Assembly: GCA_009841225.1 (NCBI GenBank)
Contig: VXMF01000002.1
Span: forward strand, 65,426-129,425
Direction: 5' to 3'
Length of the DNA stretch: 64,000 bases
DNA from: Terriglobia bacterium
GTDB lineage: Bacteria > Acidobacteriota > Terriglobia > Bryobacterales > UBA6623
In this document: piece by piece, positions 25,763 to 33,590 of the stretch
Numbering within the stretch: position 1 is the stretch's first letter
Layout of the letters: the number at the start of each line of letters is the position of its first letter
Translations under genes and position numbers: made by a program
Notes under the pieces: model-generated
What the model saw: only the letters and a program-made list of their open reading frames with translations
Databases searched by the model: none
What the model was told of the DNA's origin: nothing

Positions 25763-25980
25763 GGCCCCGAATTATACCGCTTGGGACGCCCGCCGGCCAG
25801 TTCCTCGCAACGCTCCAGGAACGCCTTGTACTCCTCGCCGTCCCGCATCTCTACCCGCCTGTCGTCCGGCAGGATGCAGACCGTCGGCTTGCCGGGGCAG
25901 GACTCGATGATCAGGCCGCTCAGCTTGTAGATGCGGAACGCCCTGTCCGTGTCGTGGAAGCGCTCGGGCGTCTTGGTCAT
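25759..25980 (-). CDS. Hypothetical protein (73 aa), IS cargo
   Basis: Starts 5 nt after the MTase stop and is coupled to the 62-aa ORF. No recognised family. Confidence 0.45.
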   Translation of the reverse strand: MTKTPERFHDTDRAFRIYKLSGLIIESCPGKPTVCILPDDRRVEMRDGEEYKAFLERCEELAGGRPKRYNSGP

Positions 25981-25984
25981 GCAA

Positions 25985-27469
25985 TCACGCGTCCAGCCCG
26001 CTCGCTCTAAGCTTCGCCATGAACGCTGCTTGGTCCATCGTGCCCTTTACTGAGTTGCAGTGGTTGCAGAGTAGCTGGAGGTTCTCCAAGTGGTCAGTGC
26101 CGCCTTTCGACTTGGCGACGACGTGATCGACCGTGAAGTTCTGGAACGGGAAGTGGTGGCCGCACCCGGCACACTTGCCCTCCTGCTTGCCGTAAAGAGT
26201 GTGCTTGTGCGTCTTGTACGGCGGGAGCTTGCCCACGTCTGTACGCCGCGGGATGTCCGTGCGGTGGATGACCTTCACAGCCTGCGTCGTGAAGTCCGTC
26301 TGCTGGCCCACGCGGTCCTGCTTCAAGCGGTGGACCATCAACTCGGCGGCCTTGGGGCTGATATCGATACCCGTCCACGACCGACCTAGGGCGTGCGCAG
26401 CGACGCAGGCCGTGGCGCAGCCGCAGAACGGGTCCAGCACCACATCGCCTTTTTCGGTGCTGGCTTCGATAATGCGGTTCAGGAGGGCGAGCGGCTTCTG
26501 TGTCGGGTAGCCGATTCGTTCCTTGTGGGCTCCCGAGAGCGAGCGGATGTCATTCCAGATATCCTGCACTGGAACTCCGCGCGACTCGTCAAGGTAGAGT
26601 TTCTTTCTGGCGTAGCCGGTCTTGGAGTAGTAGAGCCGTCCTTGGTCGTGCAACTTTTGCATGGTCTCCCGACTGTACCGCCACGATCTCGTGTGTCCGT
26701 TCCACTCATACTCGGGGTTGCCCTTGGCCGCTCCCCCGGGGCCGGTCATTGGAGTCGTTGCAAACTGCCTTCCTGTTTCCGGCTCTACATACCGATAGGT
26801 AGATTCCACGTACTGTCGATCTAGCGGAGCAAATACCTGGTTCCACGTCGGCTCCGGCCCTTTGGCGTAGAAAAGCAGTTTGTCGTGCACCCTGCCGAAA
26901 TGGCGAGACCCTTGGCCCACGTCGTTGTGCGCGCCGTATCGCCTCCATTGAATCTCGTTGCGGAAGTTCCCCGCGCCGAACACGCAGTCCATGACCAGCT
27001 TGAGATAGTGCGACGCCGTGGGGTCGCAATGTAGGTAGACGCTCCCGGCCGGCTTGAGCAGCCGCCGCATCTCCAATAGCCGCACGGCCATCATCACAAG
27101 GTACGATTTCATACCCTTGCCGTGGGCGATCCCGGCCGTGTCGATGACGTGGGGCAGGCAAGGCTCCTTCTCGGCTATTAGCCCGATCCAAGCGATATCT
27201 ACGTCATCCAGCGTCCACGTATCCTTGAAGGCGGCTCCCGCCGCTTCCGACCCGATGGGGGCACTGTACGTCCGGTTTGAGTTGAACGGCGGATCTAGGT
27301 AGATCAAGTCTACGGACTCCGAGTTCATGCCCCGCATAATGTCGAGGTTGTCCCCGGTCCAGATAGTCTGGTTCTTCCAGTTCGCTATCGCCATCAGATG
27401 GCCGTCAGTGTAGCGAAGCGGGGGAGGCCGAACGGGCGGAGGTTCTGGCGGGGCCAGCCCGAGGCTCAC
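25985..27469 (-). CDS. DNA methyltransferase (N6_N4_Mtase, beta-class, DPPF) fused to a C-terminal HNH endonuclease domain
   Basis: Motif IV is VDLIYLDPPFNSN near the N-terminus. Motif I is VVLDPFCGCATACVAAHALGRSWTGIDIS late in the sequence, which gives beta-class order. The C-terminal HNH is CAGCGHHF..FTVDHVVAKSKGGTDHLENLQLLCNHCNSVKG. GTG 27469 overlaps the transposase TGA (GTGA); ATG 27394 is the alternative start. Confidence 0.9.
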   Translation of the reverse strand: MSLGLAPPEPPPVRPPPLRYTDGHLMAIANWKNQTIWTGDNLDIMRGMNSESVDLIYLDPPFNSNRTYSAPIGSEAAGAAFKDTWTLDDVDIAWIGLIAEKEPCLPHVIDTAGIAHGKGMKSYLVMMAVRLLEMRRLLKPAGSVYLHCDPTASHYLKLVMDCVFGAGNFRNEIQWRRYGAHNDVGQGSRHFGRVHDKLLFYAKGPEPTWNQVFAPLDRQYVESTYRYVEPETGRQFATTPMTGPGGAAKGNPEYEWNGHTRSWRYSRETMQKLHDQGRLYYSKTGYARKKLYLDESRGVPVQDIWNDIRSLSGAHKERIGYPTQKPLALLNRIIEASTEKGDVVLDPFCGCATACVAAHALGRSWTGIDISPKAAELMVHRLKQDRVGQQTDFTTQAVKVIHRTDIPRRTDVGKLPPYKTHKHTLYGKQEGKCAGCGHHFPFQNFTVDHVVAKSKGGTDHLENLQLLCNHCNSVKGTMDQAAFMAKLRASGLDA

Positions 27470-28413
27470 ACCGTCAGCCTCGCACCCGAATCAAGCCCGT
27501 TAGGGGCGGTCAGATCCTTGTAGCGGAGCTGTCCGCCCTCCATCGCCCGAGCCATCGACCGCATCTGCTCGATGGTGTCCAGATCGCGGATGTTGTGGCG
27601 GCCCGCGAACTCGTCAACGTACCGCTGCAGGTGCTTCGGGCTCAGCTTGTGGAACGTGCCCTTATGCGCCCTCTTCAGGACCGCCCAGAATGACTCAATG
27701 CCGTTCGTGTGGGCCTGTCCCTTGACGTACTCGCCGACGGTGTGATTCACCGCTTCGTGGTCCATCCCCGGCATTCCCGCGTAGGACGGGTTGCCGTCCG
27801 TGTAGGCCGTCGCTCCGGGCTTCGCGCTGTCCTGTACGAAGCTCTGAAGCGTCGGCTTGTCCGCGGTATCGACCGTCTTCGCTGCGACCTTGTTGCTGGC
27901 CTGATCCTTCGCTCCGACCACCACCGCCTTGCCCACGGGACCGCGACCGCCCTTGAGCTTCTTGGACTCGTGCTTGTTCTTCTCCTGCCCTCCGAAGTAG
28001 GTCTCGCCGACCTCTACCGGACCATCGAACGGGGCCGCTTCGGGATCGGCCTTCCACGCCCTGCGGACGCGGTGGGCTAGGAACCAAGCGGTCTTCTGGG
28101 TGATGCCCAGATCGCGGTGGAGCTTCATGCTGGAGACGGACTTGAGATTGGTGGAGGCGAGGTACATGGCGTAGACCCAATCGCGGTACTTGACCTTCGC
28201 GCCCTCCATGAACGTGCCCGTCCCGACGTTGAACTGCTTGCCGCAGACCTTCTCGCGGCAGCGGAACGCGGCGCGCTTGCGCTTCGCGCCCGTCTGTACG
28301 TTGACGGAGCCGCACTCCGGGCAGCAAATCCCGTCTGGCCAGCGCTGCTTGACCAGCCACTTCTCGGCGGCATCATGGTCCGGGAACATCTGGAAGAACT
28401 CGGCAACGCTCAT
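27466..28413 (-). CDS. IS1595 family (ISXO2-like) transposase, first catalytic Asp replaced by Gly
   Basis: N-terminal Zn-ribbon: CPECGS..FRCREKVCGKQF. The DDE_Tnp_IS1595 core is VEVGETYFGG (family consensus VE[IV]DETY), AYTDGNPSY, HTNGIESFWAVLKR. Confidence 0.9.
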   Translation of the reverse strand: MSVAEFFQMFPDHDAAEKWLVKQRWPDGICCPECGSVNVQTGAKRKRAAFRCREKVCGKQFNVGTGTFMEGAKVKYRDWVYAMYLASTNLKSVSSMKLHRDLGITQKTAWFLAHRVRRAWKADPEAAPFDGPVEVGETYFGGQEKNKHESKKLKGGRGPVGKAVVVGAKDQASNKVAAKTVDTADKPTLQSFVQDSAKPGATAYTDGNPSYAGMPGMDHEAVNHTVGEYVKGQAHTNGIESFWAVLKRAHKGTFHKLSPKHLQRYVDEFAGRHNIRDLDTIEQMRSMARAMEGGQLRYKDLTAPNGLDSGARLTV

Positions 28414-28477
28414 GCCCTTGCGGAACGCCTTTCCCGGTCCCTTCTTAGTAATCGTTATATCAACCTCTTACGCTCTA

Positions 28478-28507
28478 ATTATACAACAGTGTCCCGAAGC
28501 CCGTCAA
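28478..28507 (-). promoter_or_regulatory. Putative transposase promoter TTGACG-N18-TATAAT
   Basis: The minus strand reads cgcTTGACGggcttcgggacactgttgTATAATtagag. The -35 box is at 28502-28507, adjoining the right IR. The -10 box is at 28478-28483. The ATG lies about 65 nt downstream. Confidence 0.5.
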
Positions 28508-28549
28508 GCGATTTCAACGGGAATTTCGGGACGTTCGTATAATTCCCCT
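28507..28549. repeat. Right terminal inverted repeat of the IS1595-like element
   Basis: Reverse complement matches 25530-25574. Its inner edge overlaps the -35 box of the transposase promoter by 1 nt (position 28507). Confidence 0.85.
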
Positions 28550-28719
28550 CAGAAGCCCCTCCACCTCGGCAATCTTGGCATACTCGCAACTTCATCCAGA
28601 TTCTGTGGGCAATCATCGGAAGCTCCGGTCGAGACGGGCCCGAGTAATCACTGTGGTCGTGCAATTGATTCCGAGATTGGCGTTTCTTTCCCTCAGGCAG
28701 GTTGTCCAACTACGTCGGA

Positions 28720-29718
28720 CTACACACCAACGTCCTTGAGGCTTGCGAGCCGAGAGAACACGTCGTTGAAGACCAAGTCGCGATTGCAGTTGTTCGCGAC
28801 TCGGATGTCGTGCCGGCCGGATGCGGTTTCCCAACGCATGTCGTCGGTCAACATGGGGCTTGAGACGATCTCCGAGGGGACCCAGGCAGGGTTGTTCAGC
28901 CATGCGATCGCGGAAATATCCCAGATGACCTTGGAATACGGAAATCCGGTGTTGCGTCCCTTGGTCCTTACAGCCTGGTACTGGAGAAACTGGCCATACA
29001 GGTAATCTCCTATCCGCGAGCGCCCGCGTAGGAATTGCTGCAGCTCGGAGGCCGTAGTCTTCAGATGCTCGGAGACGTTCTTGGTCGGGATCTGGACCAA
29101 GGGAACTCCGCTGTCGAACAACACTTGTGAGGCGATCACGTCTTGCTGCAGATTGAACTCCCTCGCAGAAGGCCAATAGTGCGTCGTACCTCCGAGCCAG
29201 ACGACAACAATCTTCTCCTTGATCTTCGGCTCCATCAGAATGGCTGAAGATACGTTCACAGGGCAGCCGATGGTCAGAACATAGAGCGGTTCGTCGCTGG
29301 ATTTCAGCGCCTTCTCGATCAGGTCGCGCGCGGCATCACTCTCGACCGGCCGCCCCTTCCCTTCCATGAATTGGCTTGAGCCACGGAACACGTTGCCTGG
29401 GTCGGCTTCGGCGAAGAAGCCCAGCAGCCGCAGGATTTCCTCGTAGCTCTTCTCCATTCCGACAGCAGCGGATGGCGAGCGATCGTTGACGAACGGCGCG
29501 GCGTAGATCGCCTCAATCGACAATCGCTCCGGCGACAGCAAGCTGTAGGCAACCGCATATTGGTCGTCAATCTCGTTGTACGTGTCCGTATCCAGTACAG
29601 CTCTCACTCGACCCGGGCCAGGAATGGCTAGCAGACGGTCGAGACCGCCGGTCTGAGCTTGGGCGGAAGCGGCCAATGTGCCGGCGGCGGCCTGCATGAA
29701 CGTACGTCGAGAAGTCAT
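28720..29718 (-). CDS. Nucleoside hydrolase (inosine-uridine preferring, IUNH family), Tat-exported
   Basis: Tat leader TSRRTFMQAAAG. The N-terminal Asp cluster is VLDTDTYNEIDDQYAVAY (DxDxxxDD signature). Confidence 0.85.
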   Translation of the reverse strand: MTSRRTFMQAAAGTLAASAQAQTGGLDRLLAIPGPGRVRAVLDTDTYNEIDDQYAVAYSLLSPERLSIEAIYAAPFVNDRSPSAAVGMEKSYEEILRLLGFFAEADPGNVFRGSSQFMEGKGRPVESDAARDLIEKALKSSDEPLYVLTIGCPVNVSSAILMEPKIKEKIVVVWLGGTTHYWPSAREFNLQQDVIASQVLFDSGVPLVQIPTKNVSEHLKTTASELQQFLRGRSRIGDYLYGQFLQYQAVRTKGRNTGFPYSKVIWDISAIAWLNNPAWVPSEIVSSPMLTDDMRWETASGRHDIRVANNCNRDLVFNDVFSRLASLKDVGV

Positions 29719-29934
29719 ATCGATCGCAGCGATAGTATCACGGAAGCGGAAGATTCATCGGCCGCGTCTCGTCTCGTTCGGATTCCGCGCCAAGGAGCTA
29801 GAACGCGTGACTTTCAATGCCCCATACAGTGCCATTTCCTTGCACCGCGAGCGAGTAGTCGGGATAGCTTGCAGAGCATCTGCAAGCAAGGCTACGTTTC
29901 GCCGGAGCACACTTGGCAGCGGGTTAAGCCTGAT

Positions 29935-32202
29935 CTACGACCTCGGCAAGGATACAGCGATACGGATTATCGTGACCGAATGCTCTGGGAACTCGTACTC
30001 GAATCGAGGGCCGGGAATCGGAAATTCCGACCTGCGACTTGAGACGAGGTTCGGTTCCGAAAATGTGTTCGCTGTCTCGAGCGTCGCCGCCGTCACTGTC
30101 GTCGCTGTCCCCTTGTTTCCCAGCTGTCCCTCGATCCCCTCCAGTTCGACCCTCGCACGAATGGGATCCTCGGCCGATGTGTTCACGACCTTGAGAAACA
30201 ATTCAGTGCCCTCGTCATTTGCAGTGACGGATACATCAAGCGCCGGTACTGCAGTGCCCAGCGAAGGGTCGCCGGGATCGTATTCAACACCGCATTCAAC
30301 ATCAGACTTCAGGCGCCAATCGCCGCGATGGCCGTTGTACGCCTCGATGACCGAATATGTCGCAGTCGTGAACACATCGTGCCGGCTGGCTTGAATCACA
30401 CCGCCCGGCCAGCCGTTCACCAAGTCGGACACGGCGCTCATGCGGATCAGGTCACCCTGCCGTTCGAAGACGTTCATCAAGCGGGCTCCGTACAGCGCTG
30501 ATTCCATCGTGTGCTGGCGCGGAATGCCGAATGTGGTGTTCCACTCGTTCAGCGCCACGCCGATTTCCCTGCCCGGCACGATCTCACGAATCATGTCTCG
30601 GATCTGTCCGTAGAGGCGTTCGTACCAAAGAGGCCTGGCCATGAGAGCCGCGTATCCGGGCGGATCGCCTTTCTTCGGTCGGTAGTGGTGAATCGCGAGC
30701 AGATCGATTTCGCTCCCGATCTCCGTCAGTACAGTGCGGTTCCAGCTCGGGTCTTCGTCTCCGACCGCGATGATCTTGATCGACGGATCGACGGCATTCA
30801 TCGCCCGGATGTAGCGCCGCGCGTTCGCAGCGTAGGTGGCGGCATCCGAGTGTCCACGTACCCAGTCTCCCCAGATCTCATTGCCGATCTCCCAGTAGAC
30901 GACGCCAAAGGGCTCTGGATGCCCGTGCTTCGCCCTCATCGCCCCGTAAGGCGTGGAAGCGTCTCCATTCACGTATTCGACCCAGTTGGCAGCCTCTTGG
31001 GCAGTCGCAGGACGCGAGTCAATGCGGATGTCCTTGCCCGCGGCCCGCAGTTCCGCTGCCTCAGGCACCGTCACGCCGCGTCCCTCGGCATTCACGACTA
31101 TGTTCGGCTCAGCACCGATGCTCGCGCAAAATTCCAGATACTCAATGGTGCCGAAGTCTGCTGGCTCAGGATCGTTGTCCCATGACATGTTGACCCAGAT
31201 CGGACGTTCGTCCCGAGGGCCTATGCCCCATTCCCAGTGGTAGTCCTGTGCCACGTTTCCGCCTGGCCATCGCACGAATGCTGGCTGTAGCGCTCGCACC
31301 TTCTCGAGTACGTCCGCTCGGATCTCGTTGACAGCGTCACTGGGCGTTAATGAGACTTGGTCAATCCAGATTGCACCGACCCCATACATCCGAAAGACAA
31401 ACCTCGCCAGCGGATCGGACTCAGAGGCTGGCAACTCGAACTCGAAGCGTGCCCATTCGCTCGGAATGTCACTCAGCTCATGGACTGCGTAGATCTTTCC
31501 GCCGGAACGGTCCTCCTCCAAGGAAACACGCACCGAACCCTCGAAGGCATCGGACACAGAGAGTCCGTCCGCAGTCCGCTCGACACCTCCGGCACGCAGC
31601 CAAACGGATCCGCTGTAGGTCAGGCCGGAGCGTACAGGAATTGCCGACTGGTAGATGCCATGACCCATCTGTTCTGGCAGCGAGTTGACCAGGACCTGGG
31701 CACGGTTCTCGAAGGAAGTCGGGTAACCTTGCTCGGAGGCTCCGATGGACTTGCCTCCCATCAGGAATCCATTGGCGTGATTGCGTGTGTCCGGATAGCG
31801 CTCCCAGTAGTGGGCCGCTGCTGGCGGTGGGGCGACATCCTCGAATCCGCGGTTCACGATCAATTCCGCCCAGAGGCCACCCTTGATGTCTTCGAACATG
31901 AACTCGGCGAACTGCCCGTAGAGCAGGTCGCTGATGGGGTTTAGGCGTTGAGAAGCGTCGATTCGGATCGTAGCCTCAACCATCCCCTCATCAACATTGG
32001 GCGGCCCTCCACCACAGGAACAGAGGACGGAGGCGGCAAGAACTGACGCCAGCGGGCCGACAAGCCGACATCCGCTCGACGGGCGGCTAGACCACAAGGG
32101 GAAGATCTCTTCAAGAACCGGAATGAGCATTACGTTTGAGCCAGACAGCTGCACCGCCACCTTACCGCATGCCTCGCGAGCTACGGGCTGGATGTACTTC
32201 AA
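29935..32202 (-). CDS. Alpha-L-arabinofuranosidase (GH51) with an N-terminal carbohydrate-binding-like region
   Basis: AELIVNRGFED, FVRWPGGNVAQDYHWEWGIGPRDERP, YWEIGNEIWGDW (acid/base GNE), LNEWN (nucleophile region), and an Alpha-L-AF_C-like C-terminal beta-sandwich. The start may be the internal ATG 32130. Confidence 0.85.
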   Translation of the reverse strand: MKYIQPVAREACGKVAVQLSGSNVMLIPVLEEIFPLWSSRPSSGCRLVGPLASVLAASVLCSCGGGPPNVDEGMVEATIRIDASQRLNPISDLLYGQFAEFMFEDIKGGLWAELIVNRGFEDVAPPPAAAHYWERYPDTRNHANGFLMGGKSIGASEQGYPTSFENRAQVLVNSLPEQMGHGIYQSAIPVRSGLTYSGSVWLRAGGVERTADGLSVSDAFEGSVRVSLEEDRSGGKIYAVHELSDIPSEWARFEFELPASESDPLARFVFRMYGVGAIWIDQVSLTPSDAVNEIRADVLEKVRALQPAFVRWPGGNVAQDYHWEWGIGPRDERPIWVNMSWDNDPEPADFGTIEYLEFCASIGAEPNIVVNAEGRGVTVPEAAELRAAGKDIRIDSRPATAQEAANWVEYVNGDASTPYGAMRAKHGHPEPFGVVYWEIGNEIWGDWVRGHSDAATYAANARRYIRAMNAVDPSIKIIAVGDEDPSWNRTVLTEIGSEIDLLAIHHYRPKKGDPPGYAALMARPLWYERLYGQIRDMIREIVPGREIGVALNEWNTTFGIPRQHTMESALYGARLMNVFERQGDLIRMSAVSDLVNGWPGGVIQASRHDVFTTATYSVIEAYNGHRGDWRLKSDVECGVEYDPGDPSLGTAVPALDVSVTANDEGTELFLKVVNTSAEDPIRARVELEGIEGQLGNKGTATTVTAATLETANTFSEPNLVSSRRSEFPIPGPRFEYEFPEHSVTIIRIAVSLPRS

Positions 32203-32363
32203 TTCCTAGTCGGCAGGGCGATTCAACGAGGGAACGAATTGCGTCTGACGCTATAGCCATCGCACACCCTCCCAGTCGTACCTGCTTCATCGCACCGCAA
32301 AACTAGCAGTCTTTGGTTCGAGCTCCCCTGCCGAAGATGCAAGATATCCAAATTTCAACTGAC

Positions 32364-32392
32364 TTGAAATCAGTTATTATTTGATGTAAAAT
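32364..32392 (+). promoter_or_regulatory. Putative sigma70 promoter TTGAAA-N17-TAAAAT upstream of fic; the -35 box sits inside a 7-bp-arm inverted repeat
   Basis: Read directly in an AT-rich block. atttcaaCTGACttgaaat (32352-32370) overlaps the -35 box. The ATG lies 22 nt after the -10 box. Confidence 0.45.
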
Positions 32393-32413
32393 CGATTACA
32401 AATTGACGTCGCT

Positions 32414-33541
32414 ATGCTGTTCACCTATCACTCTCTGGATGATCAAGAGAAACGAGTGGAGCAGGCTACCGCCCGTATCCGATCCGATCTGCGTCTGCTC
32501 GTAGCTGCAGAGCCGCGGCGATGGACAGGTTGGCTCGCGCGCATGACGAGGGCTCGCGCCCTTGCCGCATCGAACAGCGTGGAAGGTATCAACGTATCTC
32601 ACGACGACGCGATCGCTGCGATCGACGGTGAAGATCCCGCGAACACGGATCGTGACACGTGGCGAGCGGTCATCGGCTACCGCGAGGCCATGCACTATAT
32701 CCTGCAGCGCCGTCAGAGCCCATCATTCAGGATTACGGAAGACGTGCTCTTGGCCGTTCATTTCATGATCTGCCAATCCGATCTAGCGGCGCATCCTGGC
32801 CAGTACCGTCCCGGATGGGTTGGAGTTAGAAACGCTCAAACCGGGAACCTATTACACGAAGGTGTAGATAGGGGCGAACTAGAGCCCCGCATCCAAGAAC
32901 TTCTCCAGTATGTGAATGAAGGAGATGTTGAGTCGCTCTTTCTGCGAGCGGCTATGACGCACCTAAACCTGGTGATGCTGCATCCATTCACCGATGGGAA
33001 CGGGAGAACGGCCAGATGCATCCATACCGCAGTATTGGCAACTGACGGAATCGTCGCTCCGGAATTCTCTTCCATCGAAGAGTACGTTGGCTACAACCAA
33101 CAGGAGTACTACGACGTGCTTTCAGAAGTCGGGGGTGGCGGGTGGAATCCAACGCGCAACGCAAAGCCGTGGGTGCGCTTCTGCTTGAGTGGCCACTACA
33201 GACAGTCGCAGACAATCCTTCGTAGGACGAGAGAGATCGAAAGGATCTATGCGGAGTTGCTAAACCTAGTTCAACACAACGGTTTCCCCGAGCGCACTGT
33301 GATGGCGCTGCTCCAAGCTGCGTTCGGGAGAGTACGGAACTCGTCCTACCGTGTTAGTGCAGATGTCTCCAACAATCTCGCCAGCCGAGACTTGAAGATG
33401 CTCGTTGATGCCGGATTACTGATCTCGGACGGCGAGAAGCGAGGACGCTATTACGTCGCCGGACCCAGAGTCGGAGAGATTCGCCGTAGATTCCGTCTAC
33501 CTAGAGGCGTCGACGATCCCTTCGCGACAGGTTGGCCGTGA
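32414..33541 (+). CDS. Fic/DOC family protein (class II, N-terminal inhibitory motif) with a C-terminal wHTH-like region
   Basis: The active site HPFTDGNGRTARC matches HxFx(D/E)GNGRxxR. The N-terminal SNSVEG matches the (S/T)xxxE(G/N) auto-inhibition motif. Confidence 0.9.
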   Translation: MLFTYHSLDDQEKRVEQATARIRSDLRLLVAAEPRRWTGWLARMTRARALAASNSVEGINVSHDDAIAAIDGEDPANTDRDTWRAVIGYREAMHYILQRRQSPSFRITEDVLLAVHFMICQSDLAAHPGQYRPGWVGVRNAQTGNLLHEGVDRGELEPRIQELLQYVNEGDVESLFLRAAMTHLNLVMLHPFTDGNGRTARCIHTAVLATDGIVAPEFSSIEEYVGYNQQEYYDVLSEVGGGGWNPTRNAKPWVRFCLSGHYRQSQTILRRTREIERIYAELLNLVQHNGFPERTVMALLQAAFGRVRNSSYRVSADVSNNLASRDLKMLVDAGLLISDGEKRGRYYVAGPRVGEIRRRFRLPRGVDDPFATGWP

Positions 33542-33590
33542 TCGCCGGGGCCGGAAGGCGCGGCAAGTTCACCTAGCGCTGGCTCGCCCT

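Larger units (their letters stand above)
25530..28549 (-). mobile_element. IS1595-family insertion element carrying passenger genes (transposase, MTase-HNH, two small ORFs), 3020 bp
   Basis: Terminal inverted repeats were found by hand alignment. 25530-25574 is aggggaattata[ta]cgaacgtcccgaaattcccgCtgaaatcgct. The reverse complement of 28507-28549 is aggggaattatacgaacgtcccgaaattcccgTtgaaatcgct. All four ORFs inside are on one strand with overlapping stop and start codons. Confidence 0.8.

Noticed and set aside
28558-28565. Possible attR: cctccacc matching the tmRNA 3' end
   Set aside because: Only 8 nt are identical and the flanks do not match the tmRNA. This is too short to call a direct repeat.
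28190-29005. 271-aa plus-strand ORF crossing the right end of the IS
   Set aside because: It runs antisense through the transposase 5' end, the IR and the nucleoside hydrolase 3' end. No motif was seen, so it is an artefact of an open frame.
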